Below, piece by piece: positions 47,217 to 56,554 of a stretch of 64,000 bases of DNA. The DNA is from Clostridia bacterium (GTDB taxonomy: Bacteria; Bacillota; Clostridia; Christensenellales; Borkfalkiaceae): NCBI GenBank assembly GCA_017456665.1, contig JAFTIY010000018.1, forward strand, positions 8,887-72,886. Direction: 5' to 3'. The position numbers were made by a program, and so were the translations under genes. How positions within the stretch are numbered: the first letter of the stretch is position 1; each line of letters starts with the position of its first letter. Below the pieces are notes generated by a model. The model was not told the DNA's origin, did no database searches, and worked only from the letters and a program-made list of their open reading frames with translations.

Positions 47217-47302
47217 AGTCAATATTTTTACTAAACAATTGCTAAATTAGCCTAAAAGCGGGCAAAACTAATTTTTTTTAGAATAAATATTGCATAAAAG
47301 TA

Positions 47303-47331
47303 TTGACAAAACAACTTATTATTTGTATAAT
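47303..47331 (+). promoter_or_regulatory. sigma-70-type promoter TTGACA-17-TATAAT
   Basis: TTGACA 47303-47308, TATAAT 47326-47331. Confidence 0.7.
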
Positions 47332-47432
47332 AAGTATATAATACTACGTGCGAGTGCTTTTGGCGTGCAATTTTTTGCCTCGCCCAACAGTATTTGTATA
47401 TAATTTTGTATATAATAAGGTAGGAGTATGTT

Positions 47433-48104
47433 ATGAAATTATTTAAAAACATATTACTTTCGGTCGTTGTTTTAGCATTAGTAGCAGGCTTTGCCGCTTG
47501 TGATTTTGCACCTAAGGGCTACGAGGCAACCGGCGGCGAATATTTTACTTACATCTTGCTTGAAGACGGAACTTACGAGGTTGCCGCAAATGCAGAGGCA
47601 GAGCTTCCCGCTCTTTTATGCTTACCCACCGAATATAACGGTGCAAGCGTAACCGCAGTTGCTGCAAACGGCTTTAAAGATGCAACTTCCGTTACCGAAG
47701 TACGCATCCCCGAAAATATCGCAGTTATTGGCGAAAATGCATTTAGAGGCTGCACTGCGTTAGCAACTCTCTATTTTTATAAGGGCGTAACCGAAATTAA
47801 GGCTGGTGCTTTTTACGGCTGCACCGCTTTAGAAAAGCTTGAACTTCCCAAATCACTCGTTGTTTTAGGCGATTCTGCTTTTGGTATGTGCACGGGGCTT
47901 ACTAAAGTTACCCTTTCTGATAAGGTAACCACCGTTGGCGAATACTGCTTTGCATATTGCACTAACGTTAGCAAGGTATATATTCCTCATAACGTTCAAA
48001 ATCTTGCCGCAACCGCATTTGCCGGTGTAGAGGCTGAGTTTGAAATTTCTGCAAGCAATCCTTATTATAAATTAGACGAAAACGGATTACCCATTGCAAA
48101 ATAA
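47433..48104 (+). CDS. leucine-rich-repeat (BspA-type) lipoprotein
   Basis: Lipobox LVAGFAAC; repeated IxxxAFxxCxxL units. Confidence 0.75.
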   Translation: MKLFKNILLSVVVLALVAGFAACDFAPKGYEATGGEYFTYILLEDGTYEVAANAEAELPALLCLPTEYNGASVTAVAANGFKDATSVTEVRIPENIAVIGENAFRGCTALATLYFYKGVTEIKAGAFYGCTALEKLELPKSLVVLGDSAFGMCTGLTKVTLSDKVTTVGEYCFAYCTNVSKVYIPHNVQNLAATAFAGVEAEFEISASNPYYKLDENGLPIAK

Positions 48105-48121
48105 TTTTTAGCAAATTATAA

Positions 48122-48156
48122 AGCCGATTGCGGCGTGTTGTTGCAATCGGCTTTTT
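48122..48156 (+). terminator. intrinsic terminator
   Basis: GCCGATTGC-ggcgtgttgt-GCAATCGGC followed by TTTTTT. Confidence 0.85.
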
Positions 48157-48175
48157 TGTATAATTTTATTTAAAC

Positions 48176-48205
48176 TACGGTTAATCGCGCTATAGGCTTA
48201 TTTAT
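48176..48205 (+). repeat. REP-like hairpin element (core intact, arms degenerate)
   Basis: tacgGTTAATCGCGCTATAGGCttatttat. Confidence 0.75.
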
Positions 48206-48257
48206 TTAGTTAATACTTATTTAAAATCAATAAATTTTTACTGCACGGGTGATCATT

Positions 48258-48869
48258 ATGAACAGTTTGTTAATAGGAATTTGCGGTGGTACGGGTAGCG
48301 GAAAAACAACGCTTGCTCAAAAGGTTTCTACCTATTTTGGTGATGACGTTTTGCTCTTTAGTATGGATAATTATTATAAATCAAACAGCCACCTATCGTA
48401 CGAGCAAAGGGTAAAAATTAATTACGATCACCCAAACGCATTCGATAAAGAGCTTTTGTTAAGCCACGTAAAGGCGTTAAAGCAAGGGCAAAGCGTTGAT
48501 ATGCCTACTTACGACTTTTCACAGCATACCCGCTCTAACAAAATTTGCAAAGTTCAGGCAAAAAGCGTAATTATTATAGAGGGAATATTGCTTTTTGCCA
48601 TCAGCGAGCTCGTTGAACTGTTAGATATTAAAATATTCGTAGATACCGACGCCGACGTTAGAATTTTGCGCAGAATTTTACGCGACGTAAAAGATAGAGG
48701 TAGAAGTTTAGATAGTGTAATAGATCAATATTTGCAAACAGTAAAGCCCATGCACGAAAGTTTTATTGAGCCATCTAAAAAGCATGCCGATATAATCGTT
48801 CCAGAAGGGGGCTTTAATCAAAACGCTTTTGAAATGATAACCAGCTTAATAACAAAAAAACTAAATTGA
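48258..48869 (+). CDS. udk: uridine kinase
   Basis: ICGGTGSGKTT P-loop; 203 aa counted from ATG 48258. Confidence 0.85.
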   Translation: MNSLLIGICGGTGSGKTTLAQKVSTYFGDDVLLFSMDNYYKSNSHLSYEQRVKINYDHPNAFDKELLLSHVKALKQGQSVDMPTYDFSQHTRSNKICKVQAKSVIIIEGILLFAISELVELLDIKIFVDTDADVRILRRILRDVKDRGRSLDSVIDQYLQTVKPMHESFIEPSKKHADIIVPEGGFNQNAFEMITSLITKKLN

Positions 48870-48887
48870 TAAAGTATTATAAAAACT

Positions 48888-48925
48888 AAAAAGTGCCGCT
48901 ATATATTGATTAGCGGCACTTTTTT
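48888..48925 (-). repeat. REP-like hairpin element doubling as a bidirectional terminator
   Basis: AAAAAGTGCCGCtatatattgattaGCGGCACTTTTT; 12-bp perfect arms. Confidence 0.85.
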
Positions 48926-49055
48926 GATATAATAAATTCATAACGTTATACGTTGTTTAGCTTTTTTAACTGTTTAAAAAACTATGCGTTGTTCTTAGAA
49001 GTCAAAGGGTTAAGGGCTATGCGTAAATAAAGCAGCCAAATTTATATAAAGCCTT

Positions 49056-49631
49056 TTAAAAGGGTAAAAGATTAAGGTGTTCTAACAGTATTTTTAATCC
49101 AATCAAAATTAAAACGATACCGCCAATTAATTCCGCTTTATTTTTAAGCTTATCGCCAAATTTAAAGCCCACGTAGCCGCCTACGTAGCAAAATGCAAAG
49201 GTAATTGCCGCTATAATTAAAACTGCGGTATAAATAGAGGTTTTTACGGGTAAAAAAGCAAACGTTATTCCAACGGCCAAAGCATCTATGCTGGTGGCAA
49301 CTGCCATAATAATGAGCTCTTTTATTTTAAAGTCGTTACACTCGTTTTGTTCTTTTTCTTGATTTAAGCTTTCGATTATCATTTTTACGCCGATAAAAGC
49401 GAGCAAACCAAATGCAATCCAATGATCAAACGCGGTAATATAGCTTTCAAATTGCTTGCCTACAAGCCAGCCGATAAGTGGCATTAAGCCTTGAGCCAAT
49501 CCAAACGCAAGGGCTGTAATTGCCGCTTGTTTTTTATTAAATGGGCGCATTTTTATGCCTCTGCAAATGGAAACGGCAAATGCGTCCATCGAAAGCCCTA
49601 CGGCAATAATTATTACTTCAGTAATGCTCAT
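49056..49631 (-). CDS. mntP: manganese efflux pump MntP
   Basis: 191 aa, six hydrophobic helices with an internal duplication, SMDAFAVS and SIDALAVG motifs. Confidence 0.85.
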   Translation of the reverse strand: MSITEVIIIAVGLSMDAFAVSICRGIKMRPFNKKQAAITALAFGLAQGLMPLIGWLVGKQFESYITAFDHWIAFGLLAFIGVKMIIESLNQEKEQNECNDFKIKELIIMAVATSIDALAVGITFAFLPVKTSIYTAVLIIAAITFAFCYVGGYVGFKFGDKLKNKAELIGGIVLILIGLKILLEHLNLLPF

Positions 49632-49658
49632 TTGTGCTTCTCCAAAAATATACTAATA

Positions 49659-49688
49659 GTGAGTTAATCGCGCTATATACCGATATTT
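49659..49688 (+). repeat. REP-like hairpin element, opposite to local transcription
   Basis: gtgaGTTAATCGCGCTATATACcgatattt, lying between the MATE stop and the mntP start. Confidence 0.75.
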
Positions 49689-49706
49689 ATATTTTTTTAC
49701 TTTAGT

Positions 49707-51113
49707 TTAAGCGTTTAATGGATCGGTTGGTTGTTTAACCAAGTTGTTTAGCCAAACTCCTTTTTTTATTAAAATTAGGCCTATAACCGCCTTAATTATA
49801 TCGACTGATAGAACACAGGCGTAAATTACAACGGCGTTCATTTGGGTAAAGTTTGCAAGCACGTAAGCTATCGGAACAGAAACGAATGCGGCAAAAAAGC
49901 TATCGAATAAAAAGGTTAAAAGAGCCTTTCCGCCTGAGCGAAGGGTAAAGTAACTGTTGTGAACTAACGAATGTACGGGCATAAACGCCGAACAAATAAG
50001 AAGCATGCTTACGGCAAGGGCTTTAACCTCGTTGGTGGTTTTATAAAGGTGAACCAATAGTGGCGAAAATGCCGCCATTAGCCCGCCCAAAATTATGCAA
50101 CTTGCTAAAGATAGAGCCATAATTTTGTTATCGGTGTCGCGCGCTTTTTCAATTTCGCCTGCACCGAGAAGATTGCCTACCATAATTCCGATAGCGCTCC
50201 CGAGCGACATAAACACTATGCTGAACAGGTTGCTAAAGGTAATGTTTATATTCATTGCTGCAACTACTGCTAATCCGCGTATAGAGTAGCAATAAAGTAA
50301 AAGCGTTTGAGAAATAGACCAAAGTGCTTCGTTAAACATAAGGCTTGCGCCCTTTTTAACGAGTTTAATGCAAATTTCTTTTGGTATTTTTAAACTGCTG
50401 AACAAATGCTTAAAAAATACAAATCTATTTAAGTGAGTATGCGTGTAAATTACTATAACCGCACATTCAACGCATCTGGCAATAACGGTTGCTATAGCCG
50501 CGCCCTCAACGCCTAGTGCGGGCAGACCTAATTTTCCAAAAATAAGCAGGTAGTTTAAAAGTACGTTAACAGCTACCGAGCAAAGGCTAGCAACCATAGG
50601 CATTACCGTTTCGCCCGTTTCGCGCAAGGTGCTTGCGTAAATAATGGTAATGGTGTTGGGAATTTGAGCAAAAATTACTATTTTTAAATATTGCTGTGCG
50701 TAAAACAGAGCAAGCTCTAAATCTCCGCTTTCGCTGCCGTCGTGCAAGAATAAATTGATTAACGGAGTAGAAAAAAAGGCCAAAATTAAGCCTATAACTA
50801 GGGCGGTAACCGCGCTTATATAAATTTTAAAGCGCACGGTATATCGAATACCATCTTGATTTTTGCTGCCATGGTACTGCGCGGTGAAAATACCAGCGCC
50901 GGCCGTTCCGCCAAAAATACACAAAACGTAAATAAAAATCAGTTGGTTTACAATCGCCGTTCCGCTCATTTGCTCCGTGCCAAGCGCTCCAACCATAACG
51001 TTATCCAGCAGGTTGACGAGATTGTTTAAGCCGTTTTGCAGTACTATGGGCAAAACTATAGCAATAACAGATTTATAAAATGCTTTATCTCCTATGAACT
51101 TTTTAATGCCCAT
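49707..51113 (-). CDS. MATE-family efflux transporter
   Basis: About 12 hydrophobic helices; AAGGAGA RBS before ATG 51113. Confidence 0.85.
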   Translation of the reverse strand: MGIKKFIGDKAFYKSVIAIVLPIVLQNGLNNLVNLLDNVMVGALGTEQMSGTAIVNQLIFIYVLCIFGGTAGAGIFTAQYHGSKNQDGIRYTVRFKIYISAVTALVIGLILAFFSTPLINLFLHDGSESGDLELALFYAQQYLKIVIFAQIPNTITIIYASTLRETGETVMPMVASLCSVAVNVLLNYLLIFGKLGLPALGVEGAAIATVIARCVECAVIVIYTHTHLNRFVFFKHLFSSLKIPKEICIKLVKKGASLMFNEALWSISQTLLLYCYSIRGLAVVAAMNINITFSNLFSIVFMSLGSAIGIMVGNLLGAGEIEKARDTDNKIMALSLASCIILGGLMAAFSPLLVHLYKTTNEVKALAVSMLLICSAFMPVHSLVHNSYFTLRSGGKALLTFLFDSFFAAFVSVPIAYVLANFTQMNAVVIYACVLSVDIIKAVIGLILIKKGVWLNNLVKQPTDPLNA

Positions 51114-51212
51114 ATGCTTCTCCTTATTTTTACTACCCGTACATTTTAACACAATCAAGTGTTTAAAGCAAACGTAAAATAAGCGTTTACCTATTTTATG
51201 GTGGGTAAAAGC

Positions 51213-51253
51213 AAAAAAAAGCGGGAAAACGGTGAAGGTATCCGTTTTCCCGC
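51213..51253 (-). terminator. strong orphan minus-strand terminator upstream of the MATE promoter
   Basis: GCGGGAAAACGG-9 nt-CCGTTTTCCCGC, followed on the minus strand by TTTTTTTT. Confidence 0.7.
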
Positions 51254-51591
51254 TGTAAACGCTTTCGCGCCTACAAAAAAAGAAGGAGATGGGTTGGTTA
51301 TTTTTAATGAGGAAACACGTTACTTATTTCCTACTGCACGATAATGGTAACATTTTAAAAGTAACATTGCGGTTAACTATCGGTTTAATTTTGGTAAATA
51401 TTAGAACAATTAATAAGTTTTTATATTATTTTGCGACCTTTTTTAAAATACCGGGAAACTATTTTTTAATATAAAGCTAATAAAAATCACCTATTTTTTA
51501 TAAAAATTGTTTTAAAAAGCCTATTTTTTTCAGTCGTTTTGCGTTGCTCAGCTTACTTAAAGCAAAAAACTTATAAAATTAAAATATTAAC

Positions 51592-51620
51592 TTGTAAATT
51601 AGTTTGTAATGTGATATACT
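51592..51620 (+). promoter_or_regulatory. promoter TTGTAA-17-TATACT with an extended -10 TG
   Basis: TTGTAA 51592-51597, TGaTATACT 51612-51620. Confidence 0.55.
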
Positions 51621-51696
51621 TTGTTTGGTAAATTAACCGCTATTTTACCGTAAATTAGCTATAATAAGGTTGTAAAAAAGAAAGGCGAGGCTTAAT

Positions 51697-52374
51697 ATGT
51701 ATAACGTATTAGTTGTTGAAGACGATGTTAATATTTTAAAGCTTATGAGTATAAGGCTTACCAAATCGGGATTTAACGTGTTAAGCGCTACTAACGGTAA
51801 AGAAGGTCTTGAAGTTTTAAAAAAGAATGACGTAGATATTGCCGTAGTAGATATTATGATGCCCGTAATGGATGGGTTTGAAATGGTTGAGCATATGCGA
51901 GCAGATGGTAAATCTTTGCCCATTATTTTCGTTACCGCCAAAGAGGGTATAGACGATAAGCGAACGGGCTTTAACGTTGGCGCAGATGACTATATGGTTA
52001 AGCCAATCGATCACGAGGAGTTGGTGCTTCGAATTAACGCACTGCTAAAACGAGTTCACGTAAGCAAAGAAAAAAAACTGGTGGTGGGCGATTGTACACT
52101 TGATTATGAAAGCCTTTCTGTTTTTAACAGCAAGGGAGACGTGGAGCTTCTTTCTAAAAAAGAATTTTTAATTTTGTATAAGCTTTTAAATTATCCCGAG
52201 CGCATTTTTACCAAAAATCAGTTAATGGATGAGTTTTGGGGGTACGAAAGCGATACCTTTTCTGATACCGTAAAGGTACACATTAACCGAATACGCAATA
52301 AAATAGCGCGATTTCCCGAAATAGACGTAATTACCGTTCGCGGATTGGGATATAGAGGGGTAAAAAATGTTTAA
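51697..52374 (+). CDS. OmpR-family response regulator
   Basis: Receiver domain (VVDIMMPVMDG) plus a winged-helix C-terminus. Confidence 0.9.
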   Translation: MYNVLVVEDDVNILKLMSIRLTKSGFNVLSATNGKEGLEVLKKNDVDIAVVDIMMPVMDGFEMVEHMRADGKSLPIIFVTAKEGIDDKRTGFNVGADDYMVKPIDHEELVLRINALLKRVHVSKEKKLVVGDCTLDYESLSVFNSKGDVELLSKKEFLILYKLLNYPERIFTKNQLMDEFWGYESDTFSDTVKVHINRIRNKIARFPEIDVITVRGLGYRGVKNV

Positions 52375-53401
52375 TAACAGTAAGCATAGGTTTGCTTGGC
52401 AAATTACCTCTATTATATTTTTGTGCTTAATGTCGTCTAGCGCACTCACTATTACCATAACTTTAATAATGGTAAGAATGGGTTTTGAGGTTCATCCTTA
52501 TACCTTTAGAACGTACGTCATTATCGCCTTTTTGGCTTCAAGCTTTTTAGGAACGGTTATTGCGGCATTTGCTACTAGAAAGTTAAGCGAGGAGTACGCT
52601 ACCTTTAAAGATACTATAAATCAGGTTGCCAACGGAAATTTCGACGTAGCCTTCCCGGAGGACAACGGAATGATAGATCAAATAGGGAGCGATCTCAATA
52701 TGATGGTAAAAGAGCTTAAAGGAGTGCAAATTTTGCGCCAAGAGTTCGTTGCCAACTTTTCACACGAGCTAAAAACTCCTATGATATCTATTAACGGTTT
52801 TTCGGAACTATTGCTTGCCGATGAAATTTCGGATGAAGAGCGCAAAGAATATGCAAAAATAATTTACGATGAAAGCTCTCGCCTTTTAACTCTTGCTCAA
52901 AATACTTTGCTTTTAAGCAAGCTCGAAGGGCAGGCCTTAGTTACCGAGCGCACCTCATTTTATATAGACGAGCTTATTGATAACAGCTTGTTGCTTATGG
53001 CAAAGCAAATAGAAGGTAAAAATCTTACTGTAAACAGCGAAATAGCAAAAATTAACTATTATTGGGATTCTAATCTTTTATCGCAAGTTTTTATAAACTT
53101 AATAAATAACGCTATTAAATACAGCAACGAAGGGGGCGAAATTACCCTTAAATTGTATTCTACAGAAGAACACGTTGTTTTCGTAATTTCCGATAACGGC
53201 GTTGGGATGAACGAGCAAACAATTGAAAGAATTTTTGATCGCTACTATCAAGCCGATAGCTCGCATAAAACGGAGGGCAACGGATTGGGGCTTGCTATAG
53301 TAGAAAAAATAATAAAGCTTGCAGGCGGAAAAATTACGGTTAAAAGTAAAATCGGCGAGGGTTCTACCTTTACCGTATACTTACCCGAGTTAAGTAACTA
53401 A
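52367..53401 (+). CDS. sensor histidine kinase
   Basis: Two N-terminal TM helices; H-box FSHELKTP, N-box NLINNAIKYS, G-boxes DNGVGM and GNGLGLAIV. Confidence 0.9.
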   Translation: MFNNSKHRFAWQITSIIFLCLMSSSALTITITLIMVRMGFEVHPYTFRTYVIIAFLASSFLGTVIAAFATRKLSEEYATFKDTINQVANGNFDVAFPEDNGMIDQIGSDLNMMVKELKGVQILRQEFVANFSHELKTPMISINGFSELLLADEISDEERKEYAKIIYDESSRLLTLAQNTLLLSKLEGQALVTERTSFYIDELIDNSLLLMAKQIEGKNLTVNSEIAKINYYWDSNLLSQVFINLINNAIKYSNEGGEITLKLYSTEEHVVFVISDNGVGMNEQTIERIFDRYYQADSSHKTEGNGLGLAIVEKIIKLAGGKITVKSKIGEGSTFTVYLPELSN

Positions 53402-53406
53402 ATAAC

Positions 53407-53442
53407 AAAAAGTGGGGCTATAAGTTGATTAGCTCCACTTTT
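53407..53442 (-). repeat. REP-like hairpin element, CAACTTATA core variant
   Basis: AAAAAGTGGggctataagttgattagctCCACTTTT. Confidence 0.85.
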
Positions 53443-53465
53443 CGTTTAATAAGGTAAACACAAAG

Positions 53466-53490
53466 AAGCGGAATATTAATTCCGCTTTTT
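53466..53490. terminator. bidirectional intrinsic terminator
   Basis: AAGCGGAAT-atta-ATTCCGCTT followed by TTT. Confidence 0.75.
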
Positions 53491-53508
53491 AATTATGACC
53501 AAAAATAA

Positions 53509-53787
53509 TTATTTTGTTATTACGTTTTTATATCCGCCTTCGCCGTAGCGCACGCATTTAGACACGCGCGATAGTGTTGCACTCGAAATTTCAGTTTTTT
53601 CAATAATTTCGTTATAGGTTTTTCCCTCTATAAGCATTTGTGCAGCTACTATTCTTTGGCTCATTGATTCAAGCTCTTTAATGGTGCAAAGATCTTCAAA
53701 AAATGCTGCACATTCTTCTACCGATTGTATTTTTATTATTTGAGTGTAAAGTTCGGTAAGCATTTTTTCGTAGTTTTTGTTTGCCAT
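53509..53787 (-). CDS. TrpR-like YerC/YecD-family DNA-binding protein
   Basis: 92 aa; SMSQRIVAAQMLIEGKTYNEIIEKTEISSATLSRV resembles the TrpR-fold HTH; AAGGAGA RBS. Confidence 0.7.
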   Translation of the reverse strand: MANKNYEKMLTELYTQIIKIQSVEECAAFFEDLCTIKELESMSQRIVAAQMLIEGKTYNEIIEKTEISSATLSRVSKCVRYGEGGYKNVITK

Positions 53788-53826
53788 AATTATCTCCTTT
53801 ATCAACGCTTGGTATTTATGTAACCG

Positions 53827-54609
53827 TTAAAATTCACCCTTGCTCAAAAAAGCCTTTGTTTTTTCGCTCAATGGATTATCGAAAACTTGGATTGGTGTGC
53901 CTTCTTCCTCTATAACGCCGTCTGCCATAAAAATAACCTTGTCTGAAACGTTTTTGGCAAAATCCATTTCGTGAGTAACGATAATCATTGTGCGCCCCTC
54001 TTCTTTAAGCGATTTAATAACCTTTAAAACTTCGCCGGTAAGCTCGGGATCTAATGCCGACGTGGGTTCGTCAAAGCATAAAATGTCTGGCGAAAGGGCA
54101 AGCGCCCTTGCTATTGCAACTCTTTGCTGCTGACCGCCCGAAAGCTCGCACGGATAATTTTGCATTTTGTCGGCAAGGCCAACCCGCTCAAGCAGTTGTT
54201 TTGCGGTTATATCGTTAATTGCCTTGTTTTCTTTTACCGCCTTTTTAAATGCAAAACCGCGAATCTTTTTTTCTTTTAGGGAGTTTTGAAAGGTTAAATC
54301 CATTGCCAGCGTTACGTTTTGTAGGGCGGTGTATTGCGGAAAAAGATTAAAGCTTTGAAAAACAAGCCCAAACGTTAAATTGTTTTTCATTTGTTTTTTC
54401 GCGGGGAATATAACCTCTCCGTTTACCAAAATTTTTCCGCCCGATGCAACCTCTAAAAAGTTTAAGCAACGAAGAAGGGTTGTTTTTCCACTTCCGGAGC
54501 TTCCGATGATGGTGAGCACTTCGCCTTTTTCAAGCTCGAAGCTAACCCCTTTTAAAACTTGTGTATCGTTAAAATTTTTAGTTAAATTTTCAACCTGTAA
54601 TAACGCCAT
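53827..54609 (-). CDS. amino-acid ABC transporter ATP-binding protein
   Basis: [36 protein letters not shown]. Confidence 0.9.
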   Translation of the reverse strand: MALLQVENLTKNFNDTQVLKGVSFELEKGEVLTIIGSSGSGKTTLLRCLNFLEVASGGKILVNGEVIFPAKKQMKNNLTFGLVFQSFNLFPQYTALQNVTLAMDLTFQNSLKEKKIRGFAFKKAVKENKAINDITAKQLLERVGLADKMQNYPCELSGGQQQRVAIARALALSPDILCFDEPTSALDPELTGEVLKVIKSLKEEGRTMIIVTHEMDFAKNVSDKVIFMADGVIEEEGTPIQVFDNPLSEKTKAFLSKGEF

Positions 54610-54612
54610 AAA

Positions 54613-55305
54613 TTATACCTTATAGTAAGAAAGTTTCTTTTCGATAAAGTTGAACAGCACGGTAATAATTCCAACGAAAATTAAATAAAACGCGCCTGCG
54701 TAAAAGAGTGGCCAAATCAATCCGTCTACAACCATAAATTCCTTTGCCGAAAATATGAGTTCCACTATGCCTATAGAGGTTGCTAGCGCCGTGTCTTTAA
54801 TAAGGGTAACTATTTCGTTGCTCATCGGTGGAAGTATGCGCTTTATTACCTGCATAAATACTACTTTAAAAAATACTTGGCTTTGATTTAGCCCTAAAAC
54901 CTTACCCGCCTCGTACTGGCCGTAGGGGATAGACTGTATTCCCCCTCTATAAATTTCTGAAAAATAGGCGGCGTAGTTTATAGAAAAGGCTACGAGAGCG
55001 GCTATAAATCTTGTTGAAAAGGTGCTGTCAAACCATTTCCAACCGGTGTTCATTTGTGGCCAAGTAAACCATTTAAGAAGCCCCGGCAGATAAAAGATTG
55101 CAAAAATTTGAAGCATTAGCGGAGTGCCGCGAAGTATCCATACCACTATTTTGCTAAACGCGCGTACCGGTGTAAATTTTGAGGTGGTTAAAAAACAAAT
55201 TATAAGCCCCAGCGGCAGTGAAAAAACTAAGGTAAATATAAATAGCATTACCGATACCGAAAAGCCGTTTAGCAACTCGCCGCTTATTTGTAAAAAGGTT
55301 TCCAT
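54613..55305 (-). CDS. amino-acid ABC transporter permease
   Basis: 230-aa polytopic membrane protein. Confidence 0.85.
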   Translation of the reverse strand: METFLQISGELLNGFSVSVMLFIFTLVFSLPLGLIICFLTTSKFTPVRAFSKIVVWILRGTPLMLQIFAIFYLPGLLKWFTWPQMNTGWKWFDSTFSTRFIAALVAFSINYAAYFSEIYRGGIQSIPYGQYEAGKVLGLNQSQVFFKVVFMQVIKRILPPMSNEIVTLIKDTALATSIGIVELIFSAKEFMVVDGLIWPLFYAGAFYLIFVGIITVLFNFIEKKLSYYKV

Positions 55306-55324
55306 TTAAAAAAGCTCCAATTTA

Positions 55325-55370
55325 AAAAGTACAAAAACCGCGCTATAAGTCGATTAACTGCATAAAAGGC
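55325..55370 (-). repeat. REP-like hairpin element, GTCGATTAA variant, intercistronic
   Basis: Plus strand: aaaagtacaaaaaccgcGCTATAAGTCGATTAACtgcataaaaggc. Confidence 0.7.
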
Positions 55371-55398
55371 TTATTTCGCGGCTTTATATTGAGTTGTT

Positions 55399-56214
55399 TT
55401 AACCTTCTAAAGCTGCTGTGTTTAAAACTACGCTTTGATATTTTTCAGCGAGCTGTTGAAGGGTATTGTCTGCATATTTTGCTTTTAAAAACGCATCGAG
55501 CGTAGCTTTTACGTCGCTGTTTTTACGAAGGCCAACGGCAAATACTTCACGTTCAAAGCTTACGGTGTTTACGTCTACTATACAAAGGCTTTCGTATTGG
55601 TTTTTACCAACTAGGCTTGCCGCCATAGTATAGTCGATAATTGCAACGTTGCTAGTTCCTGCTAAAACCTCGTTAAGTGCGTCTACCTGTGCGGTAACTT
55701 TGGTGTGAGCTGCGTTTAAAATTGATTGGGTAACGATAGCGCCTGCCGATCCGTTTTCTACCGCAATGCTGGCATTTTTAATTTTGTCTACTGAGTTGTA
55801 AAGTTCAAGGTTTTGAGATTGAACTACTGCAACCTGCCTATTTTCTGCGTACGAAACCGAAAAATCTATGCTTCCTGCAATCTTTTCGCCTGCGGTCATT
55901 CCGTTCCATATAAGGTCTATTTGCTTGGTATTAATTTCTGCAACCTTATTGTTCCAGTCGATAACAACGAACTGACATTCAACGCCTATTTCTTCAGCGA
56001 ATAATTTTGCTAGTTCTGCGTCAAATCCAACCCATTCGCCATTTTCATCTTGCCAATCCATTGGCTTGTATACGGTTACGCCAACCACCAGCTTGCCCTT
56101 TTGTTGTATATACTCAAGGTCTGACTGGGTATCGGTAACTTGGCAGGCAGTAAACGAAAATGCGGTAATAAAAGTAAGTAATAGGGTAATTGCAAAAATT
56201 AACGTTTTTTTCAT
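55399..56214 (-). CDS. amino-acid ABC transporter substrate-binding lipoprotein
   Basis: Lipobox AFSFTAC; GGAGA RBS before ATG 56214. Confidence 0.8.
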   Translation of the reverse strand: MKKTLIFAITLLLTFITAFSFTACQVTDTQSDLEYIQQKGKLVVGVTVYKPMDWQDENGEWVGFDAELAKLFAEEIGVECQFVVIDWNNKVAEINTKQIDLIWNGMTAGEKIAGSIDFSVSYAENRQVAVVQSQNLELYNSVDKIKNASIAVENGSAGAIVTQSILNAAHTKVTAQVDALNEVLAGTSNVAIIDYTMAASLVGKNQYESLCIVDVNTVSFEREVFAVGLRKNSDVKATLDAFLKAKYADNTLQQLAEKYQSVVLNTAALEG

Positions 56215-56554
56215 GACTTTCAATCTCCAACAATTTAACACTTTAGTGCGCTAAAGCAATCTTACGTATATATAATACTTTATCTCGCTAAAGAAGTAAA
56301 GCGTTTTAACCCGAGTTTTGAAAAATAATTAAAAATTTTTTTAAATTAACTATTATCATAAATTTTTAGTTGCAATATTAACGCAATTTTAAGCTGAGTA
56401 ACGCGGCTATTACGTAAAATTAGATAATAATGCCGCATGCGCGCGTGAAAAAAATTAAAAAAAATAAAAAAAGAAGGTAATAAATTTATCTTTTTAATAG
56501 GGTAATATGTTATAATATATATAAACTATATAAATTAACTTGAGCGAGGAGTTT

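Noticed and set aside
49632-49706. yybP-ykoY manganese riboswitch expected upstream of mntP
   Set aside because: The gap to the upstream MATE gene is only 75 nt. It is occupied by a hairpin-repeat copy and the RBS, leaving no room for the riboswitch and no trace of its motifs.
51289-51474. 61-aa ORF in the AT-rich gap
   Set aside because: Its GGAG abuts the ATG with no spacing. The composition is that of translated AT-rich spacer, and no terminator follows.
56540-56554. Longer N-termini offered by the ORF track (TTG/GTG or upstream ATG starts at 1420, 2495, 32533, 35990, 36376, 41559, 48249, 51158, 53805, 56241, 56540, 63200, 31449)
   Set aside because: In each case an internal ATG has a better-placed GGAG-type RBS, begins a signal/lipoprotein peptide, or matches the family's usual N-terminus. 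Starts remain provisional.
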